A stretch of DNA of 64,000 nt. Source: an uncultured Bacilli bacterium (GTDB lineage: Bacteria; Bacillota_I; Bacilli_A; RF39; UBA660). Of the stretch, positions 20,641 to 31,515 are shown one piece after another (the first letter of the stretch is position 1; the number at the start of each line of letters is the position of its first letter). The notes beneath the pieces are model-generated. The model was given only the letters and a program-made list of their open reading frames with translations, was not told the origin of the DNA and did not search any database. Position numbers and translations under genes: made by a program. Location: the NCBI GenBank assembly GCA_910580185.1, contig CAJTWC010000003.1, positions 103,093 through 167,092 of the forward strand, given 5' to 3'.

Positions 20641-21481
20641 TTAGTGCTGGTATAATTATCTTAGATCCTACGGTAATATTTGAAATATCATTATATTTTT
20701 CTATTTCTTCTTTTGTGGTTTTATAAGTAGAAATAACTTCTTCAATCGTTTGGTCTTCTCTAATTATATGTACTTTATAAGTTACGTAATTATCATCATC
20801 TGCTAAAAAATTGCTAGTTAAATTATTAGTTATTTCTTCTGGGTTTATTTCTCTTTCATTTGTATTTTCTTCTTTATCACAGTCTTTATTTAAAATCACA
20901 TCATCTTCGCTTTTAGTAACTGCAATAACATCTTCCTTATTCATGCTATCATCTCTCCTTACATCATCTTTAATTATCTCTGCTTCATCAAAAGGTATTT
21001 TTGATTCGTCTTCTGAAGAAGAACTTACATCAATTATTTCACTTCTTAATTCCTCTTTTTTTATATAAACTAAATTATTTATTAAAACATCAATATGAAC
21101 ACGTAATACTTCCTCATTAATTATTTCATAGTAAAAATCATCTATATCAATTTGAACCTTAGTACTATCGTATTTATCATCTAAGGTAATATCAAAAGGT
21201 ACGGTAATATCAAAGTCTTCTTCGTTGATACTTACGTTATTAATTTTATATTTACCACTTACAATAAAATTACCCACTATTGAATCAGCATTTTCCATAG
21301 AAAGATTATGTTCAAGCGCTATACTTGTCACATCAGATATTTTAGTTTGAAAACTAAGGTCCTTTATAAACGGTATTATCTTTTTCATACTTTCATCTCC
21401 ATTCAATAAATGTTTATGCAAAAAAAAGAAGAAAATGTTAATTTTTCTTCTTTTTACTAAATATTTTATTATATATATCAC
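20633..21481 (-). CDS. C-terminal LysM-domain protein (possibly SpoVID/SipL-like); start probably MKKIIPFIKD
   Basis: C-terminus YKVHIIREDQTIEEVISTYKTTKEEIEKYNDISNITVGSKIIIP is a LysM domain; acidic middle region. Confidence 0.5.
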   Translation of the reverse strand: MIYIIKYLVKRRKINIFFFFLHKHLLNGDESMKKIIPFIKDLSFQTKISDVTSIALEHNLSMENADSIVGNFIVSGKYKINNVSINEEDFDITVPFDITLDDKYDSTKVQIDIDDFYYEIINEEVLRVHIDVLINNLVYIKKEELRSEIIDVSSSSEDESKIPFDEAEIIKDDVRRDDSMNKEDVIAVTKSEDDVILNKDCDKEENTNEREINPEEITNNLTSNFLADDDNYVTYKVHIIREDQTIEEVISTYKTTKEEIEKYNDISNITVGSKIIIPALNE

Positions 21482-23798
21482 TATAACTATCTACTAATAT
21501 AATTTCTAGATTACTTTTTACTTCTTTTGGAATATCATCTATATCCCTCTCATTCTTACTTGGAATAAAAATAGTTTTAACACCCGCTGTATAAGCACCT
21601 ATAGCTTTTTCTTTTAATCCGCCAATAGGAAGAACTTTACCAGTTAATGTCATCTCACCTGTCATTGCAATGGAAGATGGTACACATTTGTTAGTTAGAC
21701 TACTTATTATTGCGGTTGTAAGTGCTACTCCTGCAGATGGACCATCCTTTGGAATACCGCCTTCTATTGCATTAATATGGATGCAAACATCATTTAACTT
21801 AGATAAATCAACTCCATAGACTTTCGCATGGCTTTTAATGTGTCCTAGTGCAATAGATACACTTTCTTTCATTACATCACCTAAATTACCAGTTAGGTTA
21901 ATATTATCTTTAGATGGATATGTAACAACTTCAAGTGGTAATATATCTCCTCCGAAAGAAGTATATGCAAGTCCGTTTACAACGCCCACGTTTTCGTCTA
22001 AAACATCAGTATTTTCATACTTTATTTTTCCTAAAAATTCTTCTATTTTCTTTTCTGTAACTTTAGCACTAATAGTATCTTTTCCATCTTCTAACATATT
22101 CTTAACATATTTTCTAACGATTTTGTTAATTACCCTTTCAAGTTCACGAACACCTGCTTCTTTTGTATAATTCTTAATTATCTTAAGAATTATTTCATCT
22201 TGGAATTTAACGTTCTTAGAATCAAGACCATATTCTTCTAATGCTAATTTTATTAAATGTTTTTTAGCAATAAATAGTTTTTCATATTCTGTATAGCAAG
22301 ATAAATTTATTATTTCTAACCTATCTTTTAACTCTGATGGTATCTGTTCTATATAGTTTGCGGTTAATATAAACATTATTTTAGATAGATCATATGCCTC
22401 TTCAACATAATTATCATAAAATTTATCATTTTGTTCTGGATCTAATACTTCAAGTAAGCTACTTGCTGGATCTCCTTTAATATCCTTAGTCATCTTGTCT
22501 ACTTCATCAATTAAAAATACCGGATTATTAGAGCCACATTTTTTTAAAGCATTAATTATTCTACCTGGATTTGCTCCCATATAAGTTCTTCTATGACCAA
22601 TTATCTCTGCTGGGTCATTTACACCACCTACTGATACTTTGACAAATTTTCTGTTCATTGCATTTGCAATTGACTTAGCAAGTGAGGTTTTACCTACTCC
22701 TGGTGGACCTACTAAACATATAATTGGAGCTTTATTAGATACGCTTCTTTTTTTAACCGCTAGATATTCAACAATTCTTTCTTTTATATCTTCTAGGCCA
22801 TAATGACTTTCATCTAATACTTCTTTTACTTTCTTTAAATCCGTATTATCTTTAGTATATGTGTTCCAAGGTAAATTAATAAGCACGTCAATATAATTTC
22901 TTATTATTCCAATTTCTGGAGATGCAGAAGGGGTTGACTCATACTTTTTAATTTCTTTTTCTATTTTTTTAATGATGTTTTTAGGAGCTTTCAACTTGTT
23001 TAATTTTTCTCTTATTTCTTCTATTTCATCATCTTTAGATGATATATCTCCTAATTCTTCTTTTATTAATTTTATTTTTTCTCTTAAAATGAACTCTTTT
23101 TGAGAATTATCAAGTTCTTTTTTTAATTTAGAATCAAGTCTTTTTTCTATTTCAAATACATCTAATTCATTTTGAATATCCTCTAAGTTCATCATTACCC
23201 TAGTATGAGGATTAATGGTCGTTAAAAACTCATATTTGCGCTCGAATGACGTTGGCATATAATTTGCAACAACATCTGCCAAATGACTTACCGTATTTAT
23301 TTCATCAATTTGACCTAATATACTATTAGAAGAATATGGCACTACGTTTATATAATTTTCTAATTCTTGTTTTAATTTTCTAACTAAAGCATTTTCATCA
23401 GCTTGATCTATAGCATATCTAGTAGGCGCTTTTATAACACCTGCAAAAACATCCTCTTCATTATCATAAGGAATATAATTCGTTATCATAGTTCTTTTCT
23501 CGCCAACGATGGTTATTCTAATGCAACCATTTGGAAGAGTCGTTTTTTTAGTAATCTTACCTACTATACCTAAATCTGGTAATTTGCTAATTTCTATTTT
23601 TTCTTCTAAATAATTTGATGGAGATACAAGTAAAACATACCCATCATGATTATTAGAAGCAAGTTCTATAATTTTAGTATCTAACTCATCTATTAAATCT
23701 ATTTTAAGTTCCGCGTAAGGAAGAACGATAATCCCTCTTAATAATATAACTGGTAAATCTTTTTTATTCATAATACTTCTCCCTTCAAACAAACACAA
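21438..23798 (-). CDS. lon: ATP-dependent Lon protease
   Basis: LON N-domain, AAA+ Walker A GPPGVGKTSLAKSIA, protease-domain catalytic Ser in PKDGPSAGVA. Confidence 0.95.
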   Translation of the reverse strand: MCLFEGRSIMNKKDLPVILLRGIIVLPYAELKIDLIDELDTKIIELASNNHDGYVLLVSPSNYLEEKIEISKLPDLGIVGKITKKTTLPNGCIRITIVGEKRTMITNYIPYDNEEDVFAGVIKAPTRYAIDQADENALVRKLKQELENYINVVPYSSNSILGQIDEINTVSHLADVVANYMPTSFERKYEFLTTINPHTRVMMNLEDIQNELDVFEIEKRLDSKLKKELDNSQKEFILREKIKLIKEELGDISSKDDEIEEIREKLNKLKAPKNIIKKIEKEIKKYESTPSASPEIGIIRNYIDVLINLPWNTYTKDNTDLKKVKEVLDESHYGLEDIKERIVEYLAVKKRSVSNKAPIICLVGPPGVGKTSLAKSIANAMNRKFVKVSVGGVNDPAEIIGHRRTYMGANPGRIINALKKCGSNNPVFLIDEVDKMTKDIKGDPASSLLEVLDPEQNDKFYDNYVEEAYDLSKIMFILTANYIEQIPSELKDRLEIINLSCYTEYEKLFIAKKHLIKLALEEYGLDSKNVKFQDEIILKIIKNYTKEAGVRELERVINKIVRKYVKNMLEDGKDTISAKVTEKKIEEFLGKIKYENTDVLDENVGVVNGLAYTSFGGDILPLEVVTYPSKDNINLTGNLGDVMKESVSIALGHIKSHAKVYGVDLSKLNDVCIHINAIEGGIPKDGPSAGVALTTAIISSLTNKCVPSSIAMTGEMTLTGKVLPIGGLKEKAIGAYTAGVKTIFIPSKNERDIDDIPKEVKSNLEIILVDSYSDIYNKIFSKKKKN

Positions 23799-23810
23799 AT
23801 TTTATCTTTT

Positions 23811-23838
23811 ATTATAAACTAAGCTACATAAAAGTCAA
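23811..23838 (-). promoter_or_regulatory. sigma-A-type promoter upstream of lon
   Basis: Minus strand TTGACT-N16-TATAAT. Confidence 0.4.
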
Positions 23839-23917
23839 GGTCTAATCTTAAATAAAAAAACGTAAAATTTTGGTAAATTAATAAATAATTATACACTATT
23901 AAAATCGTTAAATTAAC

Positions 23918-24496
23918 TTATTTTAATTTTTCTGCCGCTAAATAAAACAAATCACAGTCTTCACAAAGATTTATTGTGTCATCTACCAAAACAACAGATT
24001 TATCACAAGTATCTGATATTTCTCTTGAAATAGCTAAAACTTCCAAAATACGTTTATTAATATCTAAAAGGCTTTTTTTATCATATCCATCGCAATTTTC
24101 TAAAAAGAAACATAAATTCATAAGAATTTTAGATAAACTAATTAATTTATATTTCAATAATTTTATATGTGCTTTTTCATAATTAAGATTTTTAGAATCA
24201 CTTTCAAGCATCCCACATCTTAGCTCTAGAGGAATTTTTGCTACATCAACTTTTAACGATTTTGTTTCATAACTTTCAGGTACTGAATCATCATTTAGAT
24301 AATCGCTCATATTTTTTCCAATTGTTTTACAAAATAGTACATATTCATCATACATATTATTAAAACACTTAATTTTTTTAAGATTATTATCTAATTCAGC
24401 AAAAATTTGTTGGTGAAAGAATAATATATAGTTACATAACACATCAGTAATAGATTCTAAATTTACATTATCATTAATTTTCATAGTATCCCCCAA
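23918..24496 (-). CDS. hypothetical Cys-rich protein (192 aa)
   Basis: Intact ORF with multiple CxxC-like pairs (CEDCD, CDGY, DTCDKS); no family recognised. Confidence 0.4.
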   Translation of the reverse strand: MGDTMKINDNVNLESITDVLCNYILFFHQQIFAELDNNLKKIKCFNNMYDEYVLFCKTIGKNMSDYLNDDSVPESYETKSLKVDVAKIPLELRCGMLESDSKNLNYEKAHIKLLKYKLISLSKILMNLCFFLENCDGYDKKSLLDINKRILEVLAISREISDTCDKSVVLVDDTINLCEDCDLFYLAAEKLK

Positions 24497-24554
24497 TCCA
24501 ATATGAAATTTATAATATCATAATAAATTAGATCAATCAATATAAAAGAGTCAT

Positions 24555-25166
24555 TTAAAACGACCCTTTATTAGTACTATTAATATTAAACTTTTGATAC
24601 ATTGTTTTAACATAATCTTCAAATGAAATGTTTTTTGTCATTACTAAATCATCATCTGTATAAAAAGATAACTCATTATTACTAGAATTATAACAAAAGC
24701 ACCTATAGTAATTTTCTTTATCATCTTTATATGATTCTAAAATACCACCAGTACCACTGATAGTTAATTTATCTAAAGTAGTTATAATATCATCCATATA
24801 ACCAATCGAAGATATTTTTTCCAACGTCAAAATACCAATTCTAAGTAAATTATACCTTTTAACAATGGGATTTATAGGTTCAGGAGCTAACGTTAATACA
24901 TTACTAAATTCATCATTAAATTGATTTACTTTAACAACGTTATTATCATCAATATTCACTTCTAAAATACTTGATGTACGTTTACCATCTAAACAAGAGT
25001 ATATTTGATTATATTTCCCGCTTCTTGGAGTATATTCTCTTTTAGGATCATTAACACAACAATTTTTATAAAAAGCGGTTAATATTTGTTCATAAGGATT
25101 ACATATCTTTTCTAAACCAACTCTTTTAATTCCTTCTTCTACCACGTTTAATACCGTTCTTGACAT
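24555..25166 (-). CDS. hypothetical protein (203 aa)
   Basis: Intact ORF between tig and lon; no family recognised. Confidence 0.4.
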   Translation of the reverse strand: MSRTVLNVVEEGIKRVGLEKICNPYEQILTAFYKNCCVNDPKREYTPRSGKYNQIYSCLDGKRTSSILEVNIDDNNVVKVNQFNDEFSNVLTLAPEPINPIVKRYNLLRIGILTLEKISSIGYMDDIITTLDKLTISGTGGILESYKDDKENYYRCFCYNSSNNELSFYTDDDLVMTKNISFEDYVKTMYQKFNINSTNKGSF

Positions 25167-25205
25167 AATTACCTCACAAAAAGAGCAACTTCTGTTGCCC
25201 TATTA

Positions 25206-26471
25206 TTATTTTTTTAAAATTTCTAGTACTTTTTGTACCATTAAATCATATTTAAGCATTTCAATTCCACCAAATGCTTTAATAAATTCATCTTTATCCA
25301 TATTATGCTTTTTAGCTTTTTCTTCTGCATCTTTTTCTGCTTCTTCATCAGTTGCTGAAATCTTTTCTTTTTCAATTATTTCATCAATAGCAAATCTAAG
25401 TTTAATTCTTTTTTCAGCTTCATCATGCATTTGTGCTTTTAAAGCATCCTCTGATGAGTTAGTGAATTTGTAGAATTGTTCTAATGAGATTCCCTGCATT
25501 TGTAGTCTTTGTCCATATTCAGCAATCATTCTATCTAATTCTTCATGAACTAATGCATGTGGAACTTCTACTTCTGTTTCTTTTAACAATGCTTCAAATA
25601 AATCATCAACATATTTGTTCTCAGCTTGATAATCCATTTGTTCTTTCATAGATTCTTTAACAGTTTTTTCTAAATCTTCTTTAGTTTTAACACCTTCTAA
25701 ACCTAAATCTAGAAAGAAGTCTTCGTTTAATTCTGGATAAACTTTTGTTTTAACTTCGTGTACAGTAACCTTAAATACTACTGGTTTTCCTTTTAAATCT
25801 TCAGCATGATAATCCTCTGGGAAAGTTACGTTAACATCTTTTTTATCCCCTGCTTTAGTACCTATTAAAGCTTCTTCAAAACCAGGTATAAATGAGTGAC
25901 TTCCTAATTCTAAAGCATGGTTTTCAGCCTTTCCACCTTCGAAAGCTTTATCACCATCAAAACCTTCAAAGTCGATTATAACAGTATCACCTTCTTCAGC
26001 AACACCTTCTTTTACTTGTAAGTCAGCATATTCTTTTCTCATTTTTTCGATTTCAGCATCAACGTCTTTTTTAGTTATTTTAACATCATCTTTTTTTACA
26101 CCTAAATCAGTATATTTTTTTATTTTTACTTCTGGTTTAGTAGTAAATGTAAATACGTAAGTAACGCCTTCTTCATCTGCTTTTTCAATAGCAACCGTTG
26201 GTTGAACAATTGGATTTCCTTTAAATTCTTCTAATGCTTTAGTATATGCATCTTGCATATTATTATCTACTGCTTCTGCAACCAAAGATGCTTTACCATA
26301 TTTTTGTTCATATATATTTCTTGGTGCTTTACCAGGTCTAAAACCATCTATCTTTACGGTTTTAATTACTTTCTTAAATGCTTCATCAATTTTCTTAGAC
26401 CATTCATCACCAGTTATTTCAATTTTAACTTCATGAATGTTTTTAGCTTTCTTTTCTTTTTTTTCTGCCAT
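25206..26471 (-). CDS. tig: trigger factor
   Basis: N-terminal ribosome-binding signature GFRPGKAPR, FKBP-type PPIase middle domain; 421 aa. Confidence 0.85.
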   Translation of the reverse strand: MAEKKEKKAKNIHEVKIEITGDEWSKKIDEAFKKVIKTVKIDGFRPGKAPRNIYEQKYGKASLVAEAVDNNMQDAYTKALEEFKGNPIVQPTVAIEKADEEGVTYVFTFTTKPEVKIKKYTDLGVKKDDVKITKKDVDAEIEKMRKEYADLQVKEGVAEEGDTVIIDFEGFDGDKAFEGGKAENHALELGSHSFIPGFEEALIGTKAGDKKDVNVTFPEDYHAEDLKGKPVVFKVTVHEVKTKVYPELNEDFFLDLGLEGVKTKEDLEKTVKESMKEQMDYQAENKYVDDLFEALLKETEVEVPHALVHEELDRMIAEYGQRLQMQGISLEQFYKFTNSSEDALKAQMHDEAEKRIKLRFAIDEIIEKEKISATDEEAEKDAEEKAKKHNMDKDEFIKAFGGIEMLKYDLMVQKVLEILKK

Positions 26472-26569
26472 AAATTTAATTCCTCCCTAAATCACTAGTA
26501 TTATAACTTATTTATATTTCTTTATCAAGTATTTGTTAAGTAAAGTGTTAAGAAAAACAATAGCAACTA

Positions 26570-27763
26570 CTAATTACTATTGTTTTTATTTTTTTTGATA
26601 CTAAATACAGAATCAGGTAAAACATTAACATCATCATTTTCGGCAACATAAAGTTTAGCATTAAATAAAATTTTATCCATATCATCGTAATTTTCTGTAT
26701 TTCCAAATAGTAACATATTAGAAAAAGAAACAGCTTCTTTATCAGTTAAATTACTTATTTTTTTCATTCTTTCTAATTGATATCCAGATAATATAGATTC
26801 TAAATGAAACATAACATTAACCAGGCAATCAGAGATAATATCACTTTTAGCATTTGCTATATACTTAATACATTCTAGTTTATTAATTTCATATTCTTTG
26901 TTATCTTTAAAATCATTGTCAAATCTATTAATTGCATTTAAAAGATTATCAGAAATATGTTCAGAATTTGCCATACCAGTTAATTTTGCTAACTCAAATA
27001 TTTCGTCTTGATTCTCGAAAGTCAATCTGGATAATAATTCTAAACTATTATCTAATATTTTAGATGGAATATCGCCATCAAGCAAAATTTTCAAACAATT
27101 TATGTAGTTTTTATAATTTTTTTGATTAATAGAAACATTAAAGTCAATAATAAAGTCTCTTACTTTCTTACAATTTTTTTCATTTTTTGAATCATACAAC
27201 AATTGCATAACTTCCTGATGTAGTTTTTTTTGTTTTAATAAATTACTATTCATAGCAATATCACACATATATAACATAATATTAAGTTCAGCGTTAACAG
27301 TATCTAGATTTACTAAATTTTCATCATACGACTTAAGTAAAACGTCAAACTTTTTTAAAATAAGTTCAACATTTTTAGTTACTGTATCCTTATTTTTACT
27401 GTACCCTGATAATATAATATTAGTTAAAGAATTTGATAATTCACATAAAGGATACATTATTACAACACCTGCATCCATTAAATCTATTTTTGTTTCAGAA
27501 CAGCAACGTTTTCTAATAGTATAATATCTTTCTAATACACAAATTAAATAGTTAAGTTCATTTAATGGTAACTTAACCCATTCCTCAAAAATTTTAGTAT
27601 ATTCACTAGATGGTAATTCTATACTTCCTATATTCATTGATATTATGTTTTCTATTTCATGATCAGATAAATTTTTAAAATATAAATCTGGTTTCTTTAT
27701 TTTGTTTCTTAAATTGCATTTCGTTAATTTTTTTATTACTTTTTCAAGTTGTTCTAATGTCAT
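26570..27763 (-). CDS. hypothetical all-alpha protein (397 aa)
   Basis: Intact ORF followed by a terminator hairpin (AACAATAG...CTATTGTT); no family recognised. Confidence 0.4.
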   Translation of the reverse strand: MTLEQLEKVIKKLTKCNLRNKIKKPDLYFKNLSDHEIENIISMNIGSIELPSSEYTKIFEEWVKLPLNELNYLICVLERYYTIRKRCCSETKIDLMDAGVVIMYPLCELSNSLTNIILSGYSKNKDTVTKNVELILKKFDVLLKSYDENLVNLDTVNAELNIMLYMCDIAMNSNLLKQKKLHQEVMQLLYDSKNEKNCKKVRDFIIDFNVSINQKNYKNYINCLKILLDGDIPSKILDNSLELLSRLTFENQDEIFELAKLTGMANSEHISDNLLNAINRFDNDFKDNKEYEINKLECIKYIANAKSDIISDCLVNVMFHLESILSGYQLERMKKISNLTDKEAVSFSNMLLFGNTENYDDMDKILFNAKLYVAENDDVNVLPDSVFSIKKNKNNSN

Positions 27764-27827
27764 ATCGAACCCCCCTATGTATGATATTATATATCGTTAT
27801 ATAACTAAATTCAACAAAAAAGATAGC

Positions 27828-28307
27828 TTATGCTACCTTTACTATTTCTATATCAAAACTTCCGTTAGGAGATTCAACTGAAACTTTATCTCCAACTTTT
27901 TTTCCCATAACGGCTTGTGCAATAGGAGATTCATTAGAAATCTTATTTTCAAATGGATCTGCTTCGTTAGTTCCAACTATTGAATATTCTTCATCTTCAT
28001 CATCTTCTAAATATTTAATAGTTATAACAGAACCAACCCTAACTTTACCATCATTATTATTTTCAATAATGGTTGCGTGCTCTAATGTATATTCAATTTC
28101 TTTAATTCTAGCTTCTAGTTTTCCTTGACGTTCTCTAGCTGATGAATACTCAGCGTTTTCAGATAAGTCACCTAATGCTCTAGCTTCTTTTATAGCTTCT
28201 ATAACTTCTGGCCTTTCTACTTTTTTTAAGTGATCTAATTCTTCTTCTAATTTAAGGAATCCTTCACTAGTTAAATAAATTTCTTTTTCTTTTTTCATAT
28301 GTATCAC
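27828..28307 (-). CDS. greA: transcription elongation factor GreA
   Basis: N-terminal coiled-coil and C-terminal FKBP-like domain; LTSEGF…ARALGDLSENAEYSSARERQ signature. Confidence 0.9.
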   Translation of the reverse strand: MIHMKKEKEIYLTSEGFLKLEEELDHLKKVERPEVIEAIKEARALGDLSENAEYSSARERQGKLEARIKEIEYTLEHATIIENNNDGKVRVGSVITIKYLEDDEDEEYSIVGTNEADPFENKISNESPIAQAVMGKKVGDKVSVESPNGSFDIEIVKVA

Positions 28308-28497
28308 CTCTATAAATCAATACGGCACTAATAGTACCATAAAAAAACTTTTCTGTCAATCTAAATAGTTGACAGGGTTATTTAAATTATTATCACAAAG
28401 AGTTTCAATAACTCTATAATAACCATTTTCCAATATTTTACCTTTATCATCCATATATGAGAAAATAGAATTCTTAAATACAGTGATCATATTAATA

Positions 28498-29709
28498 TCA
28501 ATCAAAAAAGTCTATTCTAAGTAAATCATTTTTATTAACTTTTATATCACAGTTTATTCTAACTACTTCTCTTGGATGTCTTGCGGCATCTATATCGTTT
28601 CCATCTTCATCAGTAAGTTTATTAATAACAAATGAGTAATCTTCTTTTCCTGGTCCAAAAATAGTTACTTTATCACCAAGTTTAAAATGGTTTCTCTGCT
28701 CTATAATAGCTTCTTTTGCCTCTTCATCATAATCTAATACTACACCTAAGAAATCTTGGTTAGAATCTTCCTGTCTTGCGGCATAGTATTGTTCTTCATA
28801 CCCTGCTTTTTTATTATAGAATTGTGGTGCTACATCTCGGTTTGCACACCTATATAAAACTCTCATTACCCTTTTAATATATTCTTCATCATTCATGTTG
28901 TTACTATAAAAATCAATTAATTTTCTAAAGCAAGAAATGGTGGTTGCAATGTAATAAATAGAACGCATTCTGCCTTCCAATTTAAATGACGATACACCTA
29001 TTTCCATCATGTCATTTACGTAAGAGGAAAGTGATAAATCTTTAGGGGCGATAGTAAAGTTATCAGTATCAGATATTTTATTTTTATCCTCATCATATAA
29101 GTTAAAATTAAACCTACATACTTGACAACATCCGCCACGGTTAGCATCCCTATTTGTAAAGTAATTAGACAAAACACATCTACCTGATATATTAGTGCAC
29201 ATTGCGCCATGCACGAAACATTCTACTTCAGTGCCTGTTTCATCTATTATGTTTTTAATATCATTTCTTGAACATTCTCTTGCCAGAACTATTCTTGATA
29301 CACCTTGTTTTATATAATATTTAGCAGCATCTTTGTTTAATATAGATGCTTGGGTACTTAAATGAAGTTCTAACTTTAAATTATTTTTCTTTACAATATC
29401 TAATACTAATGGATCACTAAAGATTACAGCGTCTACACCTATTTTTTCTAATTCTATTAAATATTCCGTTAGATCCTTTACATCATCATTATGAAATACT
29501 ATGTTAACCGTAACGTAAAGTTTAGCGCTATTATAATGACAATACTTTACTCCCTCTTTAATTTCTTTTAGTGTAAAGTTTTTTGCATTAGCACGCAGAC
29601 TATAATTTACGCCACCTAAGTAAACGGCATCTGCTCCGTAGTCTATTGCCCATTTTAATTTTTCTATATTACCTGCTGGCGCAAGTAACTCTACTTTTTT
29701 ATCTTTCAT
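28498..29709 (-). CDS. peptidase U32 family protein (YrrO/RlhA-like)
   Basis: N-terminal MKDKKVELLAPAGN...AIDYGADAVYLGG TIM-barrel signature of U32 collagenase-like proteins; position matches B. subtilis yrrO. Confidence 0.75.
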   Translation of the reverse strand: MKDKKVELLAPAGNIEKLKWAIDYGADAVYLGGVNYSLRANAKNFTLKEIKEGVKYCHYNSAKLYVTVNIVFHNDDVKDLTEYLIELEKIGVDAVIFSDPLVLDIVKKNNLKLELHLSTQASILNKDAAKYYIKQGVSRIVLARECSRNDIKNIIDETGTEVECFVHGAMCTNISGRCVLSNYFTNRDANRGGCCQVCRFNFNLYDEDKNKISDTDNFTIAPKDLSLSSYVNDMMEIGVSSFKLEGRMRSIYYIATTISCFRKLIDFYSNNMNDEEYIKRVMRVLYRCANRDVAPQFYNKKAGYEEQYYAARQEDSNQDFLGVVLDYDEEAKEAIIEQRNHFKLGDKVTIFGPGKEDYSFVINKLTDEDGNDIDAARHPREVVRINCDIKVNKNDLLRIDFFD

Positions 29710-30556
29710 CTTTCTTCACCCTGTAAATGGTTTTTGTATTTATAAATCCAGCTGTTGCATTATATTTATTATCTAAATACTCTTTTTTTTCTATATTACC
29801 ACTTATAAATACATCTAACACTTCTTTTATATCATCTATTTTAAATCCATCAATAATAAGATAATCTACGTTTAAATTATAGCCCAATAAATTAAGTGGT
29901 TTATCACCTAATATATGAGTTCCAAAATCATCTTCTATTATTTTATAATAATCCTGACTCTTATCTTCTTTTATCTCATATATAGAAGCTTTATTATCAA
30001 TTTTAAAACCTTCTAAGTAATTTGATACTAAACGTCTTCTTGAAGTAGATAAATGAGGATAACCAAATACTTGCTTAAATAGTGTACATTTAGTATTATT
30101 GCTTATTTCATTTATTTCATCAAGCGTTATGTCATTAGTTAAAACCATACCACTAACGCCATTATTATAATAATGATTAATGCTATAATAACTATTATTA
30201 AGATGCATTTGATCTAAAATAATATTAGTATCTAAATTATAAGTTAAAGGTGCTATATCACCTACGATAATACCATTTATTTTTAATTTATCTATTTCTT
30301 GTAATAATTTTTTATATTCTTCTAATTCATCATTAAATATAATCCTGTTAAAAGATACATATATTTCTTTATCTATTTTATTCTTAATTTCCCTTATTTC
30401 TTCTACATTGTAAGTTTTATCAAAGATTTGAGAAAAACCTTCTATACCTAAAACATACCCATCAGCTGGGTACGTTAGTTCTTCATCTTTATTAATTTTT
30501 AATAATATTTTACTCATCTTTTTTCTTCCTTCTTCTAGAAATAGCAACGCCATCAC
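29699..30556 (-). CDS. peptidase U32-family small subunit-like protein (YrrN-like); start probably MSKILLK at about 30517
   Basis: Position and size match B. subtilis yrrN; STSRRRLVSNY segment. Confidence 0.5.
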   Translation of the reverse strand: MMALLFLEEGRKKMSKILLKINKDEELTYPADGYVLGIEGFSQIFDKTYNVEEIREIKNKIDKEIYVSFNRIIFNDELEEYKKLLQEIDKLKINGIIVGDIAPLTYNLDTNIILDQMHLNNSYYSINHYYNNGVSGMVLTNDITLDEINEISNNTKCTLFKQVFGYPHLSTSRRRLVSNYLEGFKIDNKASIYEIKEDKSQDYYKIIEDDFGTHILGDKPLNLLGYNLNVDYLIIDGFKIDDIKEVLDVFISGNIEKKEYLDNKYNATAGFINTKTIYRVKKDER

Positions 30557-31112
30557 CTATCTCAAAAAACCTGGTTTTAAATTCATCATTATTCTTTAAA
30601 AAATCAATGTATCTTTCAAGTTTAGTAATTAGCTGTCTTAAGTTTCTAGACATCTTGGTTTTATCAGAATTGGTAAGTCCATGAAAATTAATATTATCAG
30701 TTACTATGTACCCTTTAGTCTTTAAATTAGTAGCAAATTTATTAAAAAACTTAATGTACTGACTTTTAGCAGCATCTATAAAGATAAGATCATATTCTTC
30801 AGATGTATTAAAATCTAATGCATCTGCTAGTATCAATGTAATCCTAGAATCAAGTCCTAGGTTTTTTATGTTTTTTACCGCTTGTATGTATCTATCTTTA
30901 TCTCTTTCTATACTAGTTACGGTAATATCATCATCTACTAAAGCCATGTTTATAGCAGAATATCCTATTGCAGTACCTACTTCCAAAATGTTTTTAACTT
31001 TATTTAATTTAATGAATTCCGTTAAAAAATTCATACCTTCTTTTTCCATTATAGGAATTCCTTTTTCATCAGCATATTTTTCCATCTTTCTAATAAAAAA
31101 TTCCTGATCCAT
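30510..31112 (-). CDS. class I SAM-dependent O-methyltransferase (YrrM/TrmR-like)
   Basis: SAM-binding motif ILEVGTAIGYSAI plus acidic loop; synteny with yrrM. Confidence 0.7.
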   Translation of the reverse strand: MDQEFFIRKMEKYADEKGIPIMEKEGMNFLTEFIKLNKVKNILEVGTAIGYSAINMALVDDDITVTSIERDKDRYIQAVKNIKNLGLDSRITLILADALDFNTSEEYDLIFIDAAKSQYIKFFNKFATNLKTKGYIVTDNINFHGLTNSDKTKMSRNLRQLITKLERYIDFLKNNDEFKTRFFEIGDGVAISRRRKKKDE

Positions 31113-31215
31113 AGTAACACCACCTAAAACTACTTATAATTATATATAAAAATGTAATAAAAATCAATTTATTATCGCCTTAAAATATAATATACCAACA
31201 AAAAACAGCAAAATA

Positions 31216-31515
31216 CTATTCTGCTGTTTCTTTGTTTTCTTCTGGCTGTGAAAGTGAATTTAAAATACCTTCAATAAGTTTCCATTCTTCTTCAGTTTCA
31301 ATTGGAAGAAGTACTGGATTTTCTTCATTAGGATTAAAGATAGAAGCATAAACTTTAGTATTTCCATCTTCATCCGTTGTATTATCTGTATATGCAATAT
31401 AGTTTTTCTTTGTTTTTTCATCTTCATAAGTAAATAATATCTCGCATTTTACTTCTTTACCTTCATCATTTACGATTGTAAATGTATTATCTTGTGTTTG
31501 TTCTTGATTATTCAT
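31216..31515 (-). CDS. DUF1292 family protein (YrzB-like)
   Basis: 99 aa; ...CEILFTYEDE…YIAY pattern and synteny with yrzB. Confidence 0.55.
   Translation of the reverse strand: MNNQEQTQDNTFTIVNDEGKEVKCEILFTYEDEKTKKNYIAYTDNTTDEDGNTKVYASIFNPNEENPVLLPIETEEEWKLIEGILNSLSQPEENKETAE

Noticed and set aside
23799-23917. CtsR operator or CIRCE element upstream of lon
   Set aside because: Only a partial GTCAAGGTC resemblance to the CtsR heptad repeat; no TTAGCACTC-N9-GAGTGCTAA.
28308-28497. 44-aa minus-strand ORF between the U32 gene and greA
   Set aside because: No convincing RBS. The region is better explained as the U32 terminator (CTGTCAA...TTGACAG + T run) plus the greA promoter.
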